Below, one piece after another: positions 16,970-26,053 of a DNA stretch of 64,000 nucleotides (positions are counted from its first letter, which is position 1; every line of letters starts with the position of its first letter). The stretch is from positions 10,228 to 74,227 of the forward strand of contig JAFZSF010000013.1 in assembly GCA_017619495.1 (NCBI GenBank), given 5' to 3'. The position numbers and the translations under genes were made by a program. The notes below the pieces were generated by a model. It searched no databases and had not been told where the DNA came from. It saw nothing but the letters and a program-made list of their open reading frames with translations. This DNA is from Clostridia bacterium (lineage in GTDB: Bacteria > Bacillota > Clostridia > Christensenellales > UBA1242).

Positions 16970-18506
16970 GACTTATTTTATCCCGCGCATTATTTTTCGT
17001 CAAATCATCATGTGTTTTAATTTCATGACGAATTATTGGTGTTACCAAACAAATTAATGCGATGGTATTCAATAAAAAGCCAAAATACATGGAATAAATA
17101 TTAATTTTTTTCAAAAACAATATTAAACCGATTAAATTTGTAACATAAGTATAAGATAATAAAACTGTCATTGTATAAATTGCAAAAGATAATGATACAG
17201 AAACCATCGCACTAATTAAAGCATGTAATTTACTGGGTTCTACAATAGCCCAGATAATACTTAATACAAATGCAATAAAAAAATAACGATCATGCATTTT
17301 TGGCATAAAATAAACCATAACCATGGCAAAACATAAAGCATAACGAACTAAATCAACCGCAGTTAAACAACGACGATGGTGTGCGCGTAACACTAAAATT
17401 AATAATGCCATTGTTGCGGCAATTCCAATGATTGAAAAAATAATTACTAATACTAAATAAGTCTGATCACTATAAGAAGATTGTAGTAAATTCTCAAATA
17501 AAAATGGTATATTCATACAATTCAATGATAACATTCTTTGACTACCGATTTGTAAAAAATAAACTTTCAATAGATCAATCAAATTTGCGCCCGTAAATAA
17601 TGGGAGAAAATTAATCGCATACATACACAATGCTAACCAAATCCATTTCCAACTTAAATATTTGTGACCATCTTTATCACGAATTAATAACATGATAAAA
17701 ATTATTGGTACAATAAACAAAAACTGTAATTTAATAGCAAATGATAAACCTAAACTAATAAAACATAGTACTGAACGATGTTTCAGTGCGAAATAAAACG
17801 CTAACAAAGCAAATGTTGTATAAATTGTATCACATTGTGCCCATACATTAGATTCTAATAGAATTGGTGGCAAAATTAAAAAACAAGCGAGATGTAGATA
17901 ACTAAATTTACTTTGTTTGATTGTACAAATGATAAATTCCATGACAACTGCCATAGCAATAGAAAATAAAAATGTTAAATACTTAATTGCATAAAGACAC
18001 CCTTGTAAATCAAATAAATGTGAAAAGATAATTAGAAAATAATTATAAAAAGGTGTATAGTCACTAATTGTAGTTATATTGCGTAATGATTCCCCCCATG
18101 TCATGTTTTGATATTCACCACACCATGCTTTTAAAAAAACACACCAATCATATGATTCATAATTAATTAACCAAATTGAAACTAAAAAAATTGAAATTAA
18201 GATTAAACCGGTTAATAAAGTAGTTTTACCGGTAATTTTATAACGACACCATTGACGTAAACTGAGTATACCAATTATCATTAATGGAATAAAAATTAAC
18301 CAAATATACCAAAAGAAATAGTTTAATTTACTTTTATCAAAAGCTGAGAATTCGGAATATATTATAAGTAATAAAATATTTGCAGCCGCCAAACACCATA
18401 AAATAATTGTCAATAATTGAAAAAACTTTTCACGCCTAACTATCATAGTAGAAGTTATTTTTTGCGAATTATTTTGATTAAATTCTAGTTTAGACAAAAC
18501 TTCCAT
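16950..18506 (-). CDS. polytopic membrane protein, putative GT-C-type glycosyltransferase
   Basis: 518 aa with about 13 TM helices. First-loop pattern YDWCVFLKAW...SDYTPFYNYFL and NVWAQCD resemble polyprenol-phosphate-sugar transferases (recollection). Its 3' end overlaps the gmk start by 20 nt. Confidence 0.45.
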   Translation of the reverse strand: MEVLSKLEFNQNNSQKITSTMIVRREKFFQLLTIILWCLAAANILLLIIYSEFSAFDKSKLNYFFWYIWLIFIPLMIIGILSLRQWCRYKITGKTTLLTGLILISIFLVSIWLINYESYDWCVFLKAWCGEYQNMTWGESLRNITTISDYTPFYNYFLIIFSHLFDLQGCLYAIKYLTFLFSIAMAVVMEFIICTIKQSKFSYLHLACFLILPPILLESNVWAQCDTIYTTFALLAFYFALKHRSVLCFISLGLSFAIKLQFLFIVPIIFIMLLIRDKDGHKYLSWKWIWLALCMYAINFLPLFTGANLIDLLKVYFLQIGSQRMLSLNCMNIPFLFENLLQSSYSDQTYLVLVIIFSIIGIAATMALLILVLRAHHRRCLTAVDLVRYALCFAMVMVYFMPKMHDRYFFIAFVLSIIWAIVEPSKLHALISAMVSVSLSFAIYTMTVLLSYTYVTNLIGLILFLKKINIYSMYFGFLLNTIALICLVTPIIRHEIKTHDDLTKNNARDKISHGKNNS

Positions 18507-18633
18507 TTATAAAATAATACTATTTTTTATTATTTCTTACTAATTAATTTTACACACATAAAAAATATTTTATGCTAACCACACCAGTAATTATCATAAA
18601 ATATTTACTTTCTTATTATAGGTTGTAAGTATG

Positions 18634-20031
18634 TTAGTAACTTTTAATCAAAAGTTCGTTAATTTTAACATTTAAGTCGGATAAATTAACCCGTACTTGT
18701 TCCATTGTGTCGCGGTCACGAATGGTAACACTCTTATCGGTTAAAGTGTCATAATCGACCGTAATGCATAATGGGGTACCGATTTCGTCTTGGCGACGGT
18801 AGCGTTTACCAATTGAACCCGCGTCATCATAAGTTACCGTAAAATTTTGTTGTAAGTCGCGGTATAATTTTGTGGCAGTTGCAGTTAAACCCTTCTTTTG
18901 TAATGGTAAGACACAAATTTGGTAGGGGGCTAAGTTAGGTTTTAATTTTAATACCACACGGGTGTCGCCGTCCGCCAAAGTTTCGGTACGGTAAGCATCA
19001 CACAAAATCGCCAAAAATAAGCGCTCCACACCTTGTGAACTTTCTACGACTGTAGGAATATATTTTTCATTAGTCATCGGGTCTAAATATTCCATTGATT
19101 TTTTGGATAAGTTTTGGTGGTTAGTTAAATCATGCACGCCGCGGTGGTGGGTACCATTTAATTCGCCCCAACCGAACGGAAACTTATATTCCATATCGCA
19201 AGCGGCTTTGGCATAGAAAACCAATTTTTCGTGGTCATGGAAGCGTAAGTTTTCCGCGCGAACACCTAACACATTGGTAATAAAGTGCCAAATTTTTTGT
19301 TTATATTTTTCGTAGAGTGCCATTGATTCATTGGCGTGGCAGAATAATTGGTGCTCCATTTGTTCAAATTCCACGGTACGGAAAATAAAGTTACCGGGGG
19401 TAATTTCGTTACGGAACGCTTTACCAATTTGACCAATACCAAATGGTACTTTCAAACGCATACTGCGTTGTACATTTTGAAAGTTAATGTATTCACTTTG
19501 GGCGGTTTCTGGACGTAAGAAAATTTGGTCGGCATTGTCTTTGGTAACACCGCGGTGGGTTTCAAACATTAAGTTAAACTGACGAATTGGCGTCCAATTA
19601 AATTTGCCACAGTTTGGGCAGACTAAATGGTGTTCGTTAATATAAGTTTCCAAAGCTTGGTTCGTCCAGCCGTCCGCATTAATATTCGCGTCATGACTTT
19701 CTATCAACTTGTCGGCACGGGTACGGGTTTGACATGCTTTACAATCCATTAATGGGTCGGAAAAACCGTTAACATGGCCACTGGCAACCCAAACATTACG
19801 GTTCATTAAAATACCACCGTCCAAACCAACACTGTTGTCATTGGTCGTTACAAATTCACGCCACCATAAGCGTTTAATATTGTTTTTGAGTTCCACCCCT
19901 AACGGGCCATAGTCCCAAGTATTGGCTAAACCGTCGTAGATATCCGAACCCGGAAAAACGAAGCCACGGCTTTTGCATAAAGCGATAATGTTATCAATTG
20001 ATGGGGTAGTTTCTGTATTGTTCGTTGTCAT
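18634..20031 (-). CDS. glyQS: glycyl-tRNA synthetase (single-chain class II GlyQS)
   Basis: 465 aa. RGFVFPGSDIYDG, FRNEITPGNFIFRTVEFEQME, GVERL. C-terminal anticodon-binding domain. Confidence 0.9.
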   Translation of the reverse strand: MTTNNTETTPSIDNIIALCKSRGFVFPGSDIYDGLANTWDYGPLGVELKNNIKRLWWREFVTTNDNSVGLDGGILMNRNVWVASGHVNGFSDPLMDCKACQTRTRADKLIESHDANINADGWTNQALETYINEHHLVCPNCGKFNWTPIRQFNLMFETHRGVTKDNADQIFLRPETAQSEYINFQNVQRSMRLKVPFGIGQIGKAFRNEITPGNFIFRTVEFEQMEHQLFCHANESMALYEKYKQKIWHFITNVLGVRAENLRFHDHEKLVFYAKAACDMEYKFPFGWGELNGTHHRGVHDLTNHQNLSKKSMEYLDPMTNEKYIPTVVESSQGVERLFLAILCDAYRTETLADGDTRVVLKLKPNLAPYQICVLPLQKKGLTATATKLYRDLQQNFTVTYDDAGSIGKRYRRQDEIGTPLCITVDYDTLTDKSVTIRDRDTMEQVRVNLSDLNVKINELLIKSY

Positions 20032-20040
20032 AGTTGCTCC

Positions 20041-21324
20041 TTATTTCTTTTTAAGTACGGTAATGCCGTGCATATATTTATGTAATGCGGCGGGGATATT
20101 CACGCTGCCGTCGGGATTTTGGTATTGTTCCAAAATCGCGGGTAACACACGCGAAGTCGCCAGTCCGGAACCGTTCAAAGTATGTAATAAAACGGTTTTG
20201 CCGTCCGCATCTTTGGTACGGATATTGGCACGACGGGCTTGGTAGTCAGTCGCGTTAGAAACGGACGAAACCTCTTTATAACCTTTCATGGACGGAATAT
20301 AGACTTCCAAATCGTAGGTTTTCGCCATGCTAGCGGAACAGTCGCCCGCTGCCAAAGCCGTAGTTTGAAAATGTAAGCCCAAACCTTCCAATAATTTTTG
20401 TCCGTTACGCACTAATTCTTCAAATAACTGTGCACTTTGGTTAGCGAAGCAGTAAGCGAACATTTCGACTTTGTTAAATTGATAACCACGAATCATACCG
20501 CGCTCGTCGGTACGGTAAGAACCGGCTTCCTTACGGTAGCAGGGCGTATAACTGAAATAACGAATTGGTAATTGTTTTGGATCAATGATTTCGTCACGGT
20601 GTAAATTTAATAACGCTGTTTCCGCGGTGGGTAACATAAATTTACTCTTTTTCGGGTCTTTATCGAAGTCAGTCACAAAAACATCGTTAATAAACTTTGG
20701 GAATTGTCCCGCCGCAAAACCGCTTTGATAGTTCAATAAATGCGGGGGTAAAATGAATTTATAACCGTTAGCAATGTGAAAATCAATAAAGTAGTTTAGT
20801 AACGCCCATTCTAACAATGCCCCGGCGCCGGTGTAAACCCAAGTTTTGGCACCACTTAATTTGGCACCCCGCTCGTAATCAATCAAACCTAAATTGGTTG
20901 CCAAAGTTACATGGTCTTGCCATTTGAAATTAAATTCTGGTTTTTTACCAAAAGTGGCGACCACGCGGTTATTTTCTTTACCACCCGCCACAACTTCGGG
21001 TAAGGGAATATTAGGCAATGGTGCTAACGCATCAAAAATTTTTTGCTCCAAAGTGGCAAGTTCTTGGTCACCGTGCGCAATCTTGTCGCCGATCGCTTTC
21101 ATTTCGGCAATTTGTTTAGTCGCATCTTTACCTTCTTTTTTTAACTTTGCGATGATGGCACTGTTTTCATTGCGCTTTTGGCGACGGGCTTCGTTATTTT
21201 GAATTAAGTTGCGGCGGGTATTATCCAAAGCAATGACCGCTGTAAAATCCACCTGGCACCCACGCTTCGCCAATTGGTCTTTAACCCAGTTTGGGTTACT
21301 ACGAATTAAGTTAATATCTAGCAT
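20041..21324 (-). CDS. serS: seryl-tRNA synthetase
   Basis: Start moved to ATG 21324 (MLDINLIRSNP). N-terminal coiled coil. Class II motifs YRKEAGSYRTDERGMIRGYQFNKVE and GSGLATSR. Confidence 0.9.
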   Translation of the reverse strand: MLDINLIRSNPNWVKDQLAKRGCQVDFTAVIALDNTRRNLIQNNEARRQKRNENSAIIAKLKKEGKDATKQIAEMKAIGDKIAHGDQELATLEQKIFDALAPLPNIPLPEVVAGGKENNRVVATFGKKPEFNFKWQDHVTLATNLGLIDYERGAKLSGAKTWVYTGAGALLEWALLNYFIDFHIANGYKFILPPHLLNYQSGFAAGQFPKFINDVFVTDFDKDPKKSKFMLPTAETALLNLHRDEIIDPKQLPIRYFSYTPCYRKEAGSYRTDERGMIRGYQFNKVEMFAYCFANQSAQLFEELVRNGQKLLEGLGLHFQTTALAAGDCSASMAKTYDLEVYIPSMKGYKEVSSVSNATDYQARRANIRTKDADGKTVLLHTLNGSGLATSRVLPAILEQYQNPDGSVNIPAALHKYMHGITVLKKK

Positions 21325-21330
21325 ATGGAC

Positions 21331-21339
21331 AGTATAGCA
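21331..21339 (-). promoter_or_regulatory. extended -10 of serS-glyQS, leaderless configuration
   Basis: Minus strand TGcTATACT, then 6 nt to ATG 21324. No T-box leader is possible in the space available. Confidence 0.5.
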
Positions 21340-21403
21340 CAAAATAATTAAAAGTTAATAATGAATAATGAAGAGTGTTTGATGTAAAAAAAACAAATCA
21401 ACA

Positions 21404-21428
21404 GAAAAAGTCCGCGCATTTGCGGACT
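21404..21428 (-). terminator. terminator of the dnaN operon
   Basis: AGTCCGC/GCGGACT hairpin followed by a T-run on the minus strand. Confidence 0.75.
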
Positions 21429-21446
21429 ATTCAATAATTTCATTTT

Positions 21447-22148
21447 TTATTTTTCACTATTTTCGCTGCTCGCCATGATGTTTTTGATTTCGTCTTTCAA
21501 AGCTTCTTCGTCAAATTGCGGGTGTACATCGGACCAAGTGTAAGTAATTTTGTAATCGGGTGAAATTTCAAATTGGTCAAACTGTAAACCGTCCATATAC
21601 GCTAACATTTTAATGGTTGGTTTCAAAAAGCGGCGACAACGGGGTGGCAGATTATTAACATACTTTTCTGATAAAGTAATCATATAGGGTTGACCTTTGT
21701 TGTCTTGAGTAATGATTAGTGCTTTTTTGAACTTATTAATTTCGGTATTGCAAATTGCTAAATGCATTTGGTCAATTTGTTTTTGTTCGTCTTTGGATAA
21801 TTGTAACATCATGGTGGGCTTAATTTTTGCCAACTCTAATTTGATTAATGGGTCCAAAGAATTATTGCCGACTTCGGTCGCAAAACGCGCCGCAATATTG
21901 GGAAATAAGTGGTCGACATCGTCCGGTGCAAATTCTGAAGAACCAATGATAACTTCATAAGTTTTGTGAATCCGCGCGCGTAACTTGTTAATTTCGCGTT
22001 CGGTAATATCGTAAAAAAATAAATTAGTAAAGATGTAAGCGCGTTGCAAACTGTTTTTGACCAACCGTTTGGCAGTTTCACAGACGATTTGTCCATCTTC
22101 CATGACCGAAAAACTACGGTTGATGGCATCAGCGCTGGCGTAATTCAT
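21447..22148 (-). CDS. hypothetical protein (233 aa) translationally coupled to dnaN
   Basis: Its start overlaps the dnaN stop at 22148. No recognised motif. Confidence 0.6.
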   Translation of the reverse strand: MNYASADAINRSFSVMEDGQIVCETAKRLVKNSLQRAYIFTNLFFYDITEREINKLRARIHKTYEVIIGSSEFAPDDVDHLFPNIAARFATEVGNNSLDPLIKLELAKIKPTMMLQLSKDEQKQIDQMHLAICNTEINKFKKALIITQDNKGQPYMITLSEKYVNNLPPRCRRFLKPTIKMLAYMDGLQFDQFEISPDYKITYTWSDVHPQFDEEALKDEIKNIMASSENSEK

Positions 22149-23254
22149 TATCCCAACCTCACCGGTAAGACTAAGAATAAATAATCGCCGCGTTTCGCAC
22201 TGGTAACCACACAGGGGGCTAACGGGGTAGTAAATGATAATTTGACAAATTCATCGGTAATGGTATTCAGCGCATCAAACATGTATTTGCTGTTAAAGGC
22301 AATTTTAATATTCGTTCCGTCCAAGTTAGCGGGGACGCGTTCGTTAATTTGACCCATATCGTTATTGGCGAAAAGTTCCAAACTCTTATCCGCCGTAGTT
22401 AGAGTTAACAAGTTAATTTTGTTCGAACCTGACAATAAACCCGCGCGACCAACCGCTGCCAATAATGGTGCTGTTTCGACCACTACATTGCAGTTAAATT
22501 CGGTTGGGATAATTTGACGGTAATTAACGAAGTCGCCATCAATTAAACGGGAAGCAAACACGGTGCTACCAAAAGCGACTTGCACAAATTTCTTTTCCAC
22601 AATTAAACCGATTTCTTCTTTATCATCGGTCAACATACGGCGCATTTCTTCCAAAGCGCGGCTGGGAATAATTAATTTAGCCGAACCCGTCGGACGCACT
22701 AACGGCTTAATGATGCGCGCTAAGCGGTAACCGTCCAAAGCTACGGCGGTTAAAGTATTATTTGTAGCATCGACATCAAACAAAGCACCACGCAAAACCG
22801 GACGCGCATTGTCTTGAGCGGTAAACGGTGTTGTCTTGTTAATGATTTCGCGTAAATCTGCACCTTTCAAATAAAACAAAGGTTTAGTGTTTAAATCAAT
22901 TAAATCGGGGTATTCATTAATTGGCATACAGGAAAAGTTGCCGTCGTTACCTTCGCCGTGTTCAATTACCGCTGTGGTGTCCGAACTGGTAAAGGTAATT
23001 TGTCCTTGTCCGATTTTAGCAATGTATTCGCCAAACAATTTACCCGGCAACAAGACTGCGCCATCTTGTTTTACATCAGCATGAATGGTCTTACGGATAT
23101 ATAATTCTAAATCCGTCGCAAAGAAAGTTACTTCATTTCCCTTTGCTTCAATTTTAATACCTTCCAAAATCGGATTAACCGTTTTGCTGTTCGTGCCGTG
23201 CGCCACAATTGCTACGGCTGCTTTTAAATCTTCACCATCACATATAAATTTCAT
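22148..23254 (-). CDS. dnaN: DNA polymerase III beta sliding clamp
   Basis: 368 aa. MKFICDGEDL start. Three-domain length. RLIDGDFVNYRQIIP motif. Confidence 0.9.
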   Translation of the reverse strand: MKFICDGEDLKAAVAIVAHGTNSKTVNPILEGIKIEAKGNEVTFFATDLELYIRKTIHADVKQDGAVLLPGKLFGEYIAKIGQGQITFTSSDTTAVIEHGEGNDGNFSCMPINEYPDLIDLNTKPLFYLKGADLREIINKTTPFTAQDNARPVLRGALFDVDATNNTLTAVALDGYRLARIIKPLVRPTGSAKLIIPSRALEEMRRMLTDDKEEIGLIVEKKFVQVAFGSTVFASRLIDGDFVNYRQIIPTEFNCNVVVETAPLLAAVGRAGLLSGSNKINLLTLTTADKSLELFANNDMGQINERVPANLDGTNIKIAFNSKYMFDALNTITDEFVKLSFTTPLAPCVVTSAKRGDYLFLVLPVRLG

Positions 23255-23286
23255 ACTTATATTATAACGAAATTTACCATAAGTGT

Positions 23287-23721
23287 CTAATGCTTTAATT
23301 CTATCGTGAGTAAAAATTTCTCGCCTGTGGTCATAAATTCGATTAATCCGTTGGTAAAATAAGCGTTCAACTGACTACCGACGGCATCTTCAATGTAAAT
23401 ACGGCATTCATCAAAATTGCGCAGTTCTAGGCGGTTTAATGTTTGTGATGTGCGTTCCGCACCGTAGCCGTAATCATGTTGCATGACATACTGTAAAGAT
23501 GCAAAGTTTTGTACGCGTGCTTCGGTTTGTTGTGGTGGTAAAGTCGTATGGGGCATTTTGGGCGCGGTGACGCGTACCGTCGTATGGTCGGATAAATCAA
23601 TTAGTAAGGTATTACCGCGGCGGTGCACGGTGTTAGTAATTTCGGTACGCATGAGCGTTTGTAAAAAATCAACCACAAAAGTGGCTTCAATGGTGTTGGG
23701 TGTTTCATCAGTTCGTTGCAT
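23287..23721 (-). CDS. hypothetical protein (144 aa), first gene of the dnaN operon
   Basis: ORF with a TATAAT box (23733-23728) 6 nt upstream of its ATG. No recognised motif. Confidence 0.55.
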   Translation of the reverse strand: MQRTDETPNTIEATFVVDFLQTLMRTEITNTVHRRGNTLLIDLSDHTTVRVTAPKMPHTTLPPQQTEARVQNFASLQYVMQHDYGYGAERTSQTLNRLELRNFDECRIYIEDAVGSQLNAYFTNGLIEFMTTGEKFLLTIELKH

Positions 23722-23727
23722 ACTTTT

Positions 23728-23733
23728 ATTATA
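23728..23733 (-). promoter_or_regulatory. -10 box of the hyp144-dnaN operon, leaderless configuration
   Basis: Minus strand TATAAT, then 6 nt to ATG 23721. Confidence 0.5.
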
Positions 23734-23843
23734 AAGAAAAAGTCACGGCGTTAAAACATAAATCGTTTTACATTTTTCGACATTTTCCGACAGGTAATCC
23801 GGTTTTCACTGGGCAGATGGTTGAATGTATGATATACTGACTT

Positions 23844-24554
23844 GTGCATCTAAAAATTCAATGTGAGTATGTGGGCACTAAATTTGCCGGCTTTCAAACC
23901 CAAAAGGGGCAACGCACCGTGCAAGCAGAATTGGAAAAAGCGTTGACACATTATTTCAACACCCCAATTAAAGTGGTGGGCAGTGGGCGTACCGATGTCG
24001 GGGTGCATGCGGTGGGGCAAATTGTTTCCTGTTTATGCCCGCGTGAAGATCTAAAAATTTACCAATTCTTATTAGGTGTTAATAGTTACTTACCGTTTGA
24101 CTTGTCAGTGACAGCGGCGGAAATTTTACCTAAGTTTAACGCGCGTAGCGATGCCAAAGCCAAAACCTATATATATAAATGTTACATTTCGCCGACCTGT
24201 CACCCCATGCGTGATGTCGATCACTGGCAACTTTACAAACCGGTCGATTTAGTACGCTTGCGGGAACAAGCCGCAATTTTAGTGGGACAACATGATTTTA
24301 CTGCGTTCTGTACTGCCGTGGGAGATAAAAGTCCGCTGCGTACTATTTACAGCCTGGATATTCAAAGTCCGCAACCAGATGAAATTTGGTTTGTGATTCG
24401 TGGCAACGGTTTCTTACATAATATGGTACGGATTATTGTTGGTACTTTACTTGATGGGCGTGATATCGCCCCAGTGTTAGCGTCGCGTGACCGTCGCAAG
24501 GCGGGGAAGACTGCTCCCGCCAAAGGACTAACCTTATATCATGTCGAATATTAA
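23844..24554 (+). CDS. truA: tRNA pseudouridine(38-40) synthase
   Basis: 236 aa. YVGTKFAGFQ, GSGRTDVGVHAVGQ (catalytic Asp). GTG start is uncertain. Confidence 0.85.
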   Translation: MHLKIQCEYVGTKFAGFQTQKGQRTVQAELEKALTHYFNTPIKVVGSGRTDVGVHAVGQIVSCLCPREDLKIYQFLLGVNSYLPFDLSVTAAEILPKFNARSDAKAKTYIYKCYISPTCHPMRDVDHWQLYKPVDLVRLREQAAILVGQHDFTAFCTAVGDKSPLRTIYSLDIQSPQPDEIWFVIRGNGFLHNMVRIIVGTLLDGRDIAPVLASRDRRKAGKTAPAKGLTLYHVEY

Positions 24555-24593
24555 CGGTTGAAGTTTTCGTTATGGCGTGTTATATTGAGGCGA

Positions 24594-24661
24594 CGGGGCG
24601 TAGCGTAGTGGTATCTGCCTGTTAATCGTCAGATACCCTGTTGCAAAATCCGTACACCATT
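24594..24661 (+). other. tRNA-Pro 5'-half duplicate followed by 46 nt of non-tRNA sequence
   Basis: CGGGGCGTAGCGTAGTGGTATC occurs at 24594-24615 and again at 24662-24683. I could not fold the first copy into a cloverleaf. Confidence 0.5.
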
Positions 24662-24736
24662 CGGGGCGTAGCGTAGTGGTATCGCGCAAGTCTGGGGGAC
24701 TTGAGGTCGTGGGTTCAATTCCCGCCGCTCCGACCA
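24662..24736 (+). tRNA. tRNA-Pro (anticodon GGG), CCA encoded
   Basis: Acceptor CGGGGCG/CGCTCCG. Anticodon arm CAAGT-CTGGGGG-ACTTG. T-arm GTGGG-TTCAATT-CCCGC. Confidence 0.85.
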
Positions 24737-24755
24737 AGGAAAATTCATACGCTAT

Positions 24756-25658
24756 TTGCGCATAATAATAGAAGTGACAAGACGCGTTAATTGGCAAAAT
24801 TTTTGGCTAACCGTTATTAACTTTGTGTTGGGCGGACTGGGTTTAACCGCGTTATTAGTCTACTTTCAATCCGCTACCTTGCCAGTACAAATTGCCAGTT
24901 ATTTTTGTGTCGTCGGATTTAGCTTAGGCTCGATTATCTGTTTAATCAGTGGTAAGCAAGCGTGGGGACGCAGTCTGTTTGTATTTAATGTTTTGACTTT
25001 CGTGATTATTGGCGGCTTATGTATTTTATATTGGTGTGGTTTATTCGATGACTTCAGCAATTTAGAACAATTGCGTAACTTAATTCGTGCCAGTGGTGGT
25101 TGGGCGTATTTAGTGTATGTTATTTTACAATTTTTGAATGTCGTTTTGTTACCACTTCCGGGCTTTTTGTTTATGTTGGCGGCACTTAGTATTTTTGGCG
25201 TTTGGTCAACTTTTTTGGTCACACTGTTGGTGACTTGGGTGGGGTCAATCATTTGTTTTTGGTTTGGACGGACCTGTGGCAACAAAGCCGTGGTTTGGTG
25301 TATTGGCGCGGAAAGCGCGGAACGCTACCAAAAGTTACTCGGCGCCAAAGGTAACTTGCTGTTTTTAATCATGCAGATTTTACCGTTTTTCCCTGATGAT
25401 ATGTTGTGTATGATTGCGGGCTTAACCAAGATGAAATTTAGTTTTTTCTTGGTAGTGATGTTAATTGCTAAACCTTTATATATTGCGACCGTGTGTTTTT
25501 GTGGTATGATTCCGTTTAGCGGGTGGGGCATTCCGGTTTGGTTGACCATCTGTGTGGTTTTAGGTGGCGGATTCTTACTGTTTTGCAAATATCAAACGGC
25601 GCTGGAAAATTGGTTTGCGAAAATCACGCACCGTATAAAAAGACCAAAAGAAAAATGA
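24756..25658 (+). CDS. TVP38/TMEM64 (DedA-related) family membrane protein
   Basis: 300 aa, polytopic. LPLPGFLFMLAALSIFG...GSIICFWFGR pattern. Exact start uncertain. Confidence 0.6.
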   Translation: MRIIIEVTRRVNWQNFWLTVINFVLGGLGLTALLVYFQSATLPVQIASYFCVVGFSLGSIICLISGKQAWGRSLFVFNVLTFVIIGGLCILYWCGLFDDFSNLEQLRNLIRASGGWAYLVYVILQFLNVVLLPLPGFLFMLAALSIFGVWSTFLVTLLVTWVGSIICFWFGRTCGNKAVVWCIGAESAERYQKLLGAKGNLLFLIMQILPFFPDDMLCMIAGLTKMKFSFFLVVMLIAKPLYIATVCFCGMIPFSGWGIPVWLTICVVLGGGFLLFCKYQTALENWFAKITHRIKRPKEK

Positions 25659-25680
25659 CCCGTGTGGGTCATTCGCCGAC

Positions 25681-25917
25681 TTAAATCGCTTTGCCGCCGT
25701 CGCCTTTGCTTTTGTTGCGGTAGTGGTCGGTGATTAAACACTTGGCACCTGCCAAAAAGTAATAACCGCCATCGGTGGCTGATGCCAATTTTCCGTAATC
25801 GTCTAGTTCCTTCATGGCGTCACGATAAGAACATTTAATTTCCCCGTTGGCAATGGCCAAAATTCTTAATTTTTTTTGGTCGGCTTGTTGCATGATTTCA
25901 TCAATATTTTCGGCCAT
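25681..25917 (-). CDS. hypothetical small protein (78 aa)
   Basis: Start set to ATG 25917, preceded by AAGGAGGA. No recognised motif. Confidence 0.5.
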   Translation of the reverse strand: MAENIDEIMQQADQKKLRILAIANGEIKCSYRDAMKELDDYGKLASATDGGYYFLAGAKCLITDHYRNKSKGDGGKAI

Positions 25918-26024
25918 AACTTTGTCCTCCTTGCTTGAATAAAAAGGCATTATAATATAGGTATGTGTGGAAAGCAAGTACTGTGACAAAAAATTTTCGC
26001 CAATTTTTGTCGCTGAATTTACTC

Positions 26025-26053
26025 TTGCGGATTTTGGCGTTTAATTTTATACT
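26025..26053 (+). promoter_or_regulatory. promoter of the metal-permease gene
   Basis: TTGCGG, 17-nt spacer, TATACT (26048-26053). ATG 26054 abuts the -10, so ATG 26063 (9 nt downstream) is the more likely start. Confidence 0.45.

Noticed and set aside
24594-24661. Possible additional tRNA gene upstream of tRNA-Pro.
   Set aside because: There is no acceptor-stem complement, no T-arm (no GTTCRANYC-like loop with a paired stem), and the D-stem is broken after the shared 22 nt. I report it only as a duplicated fragment.
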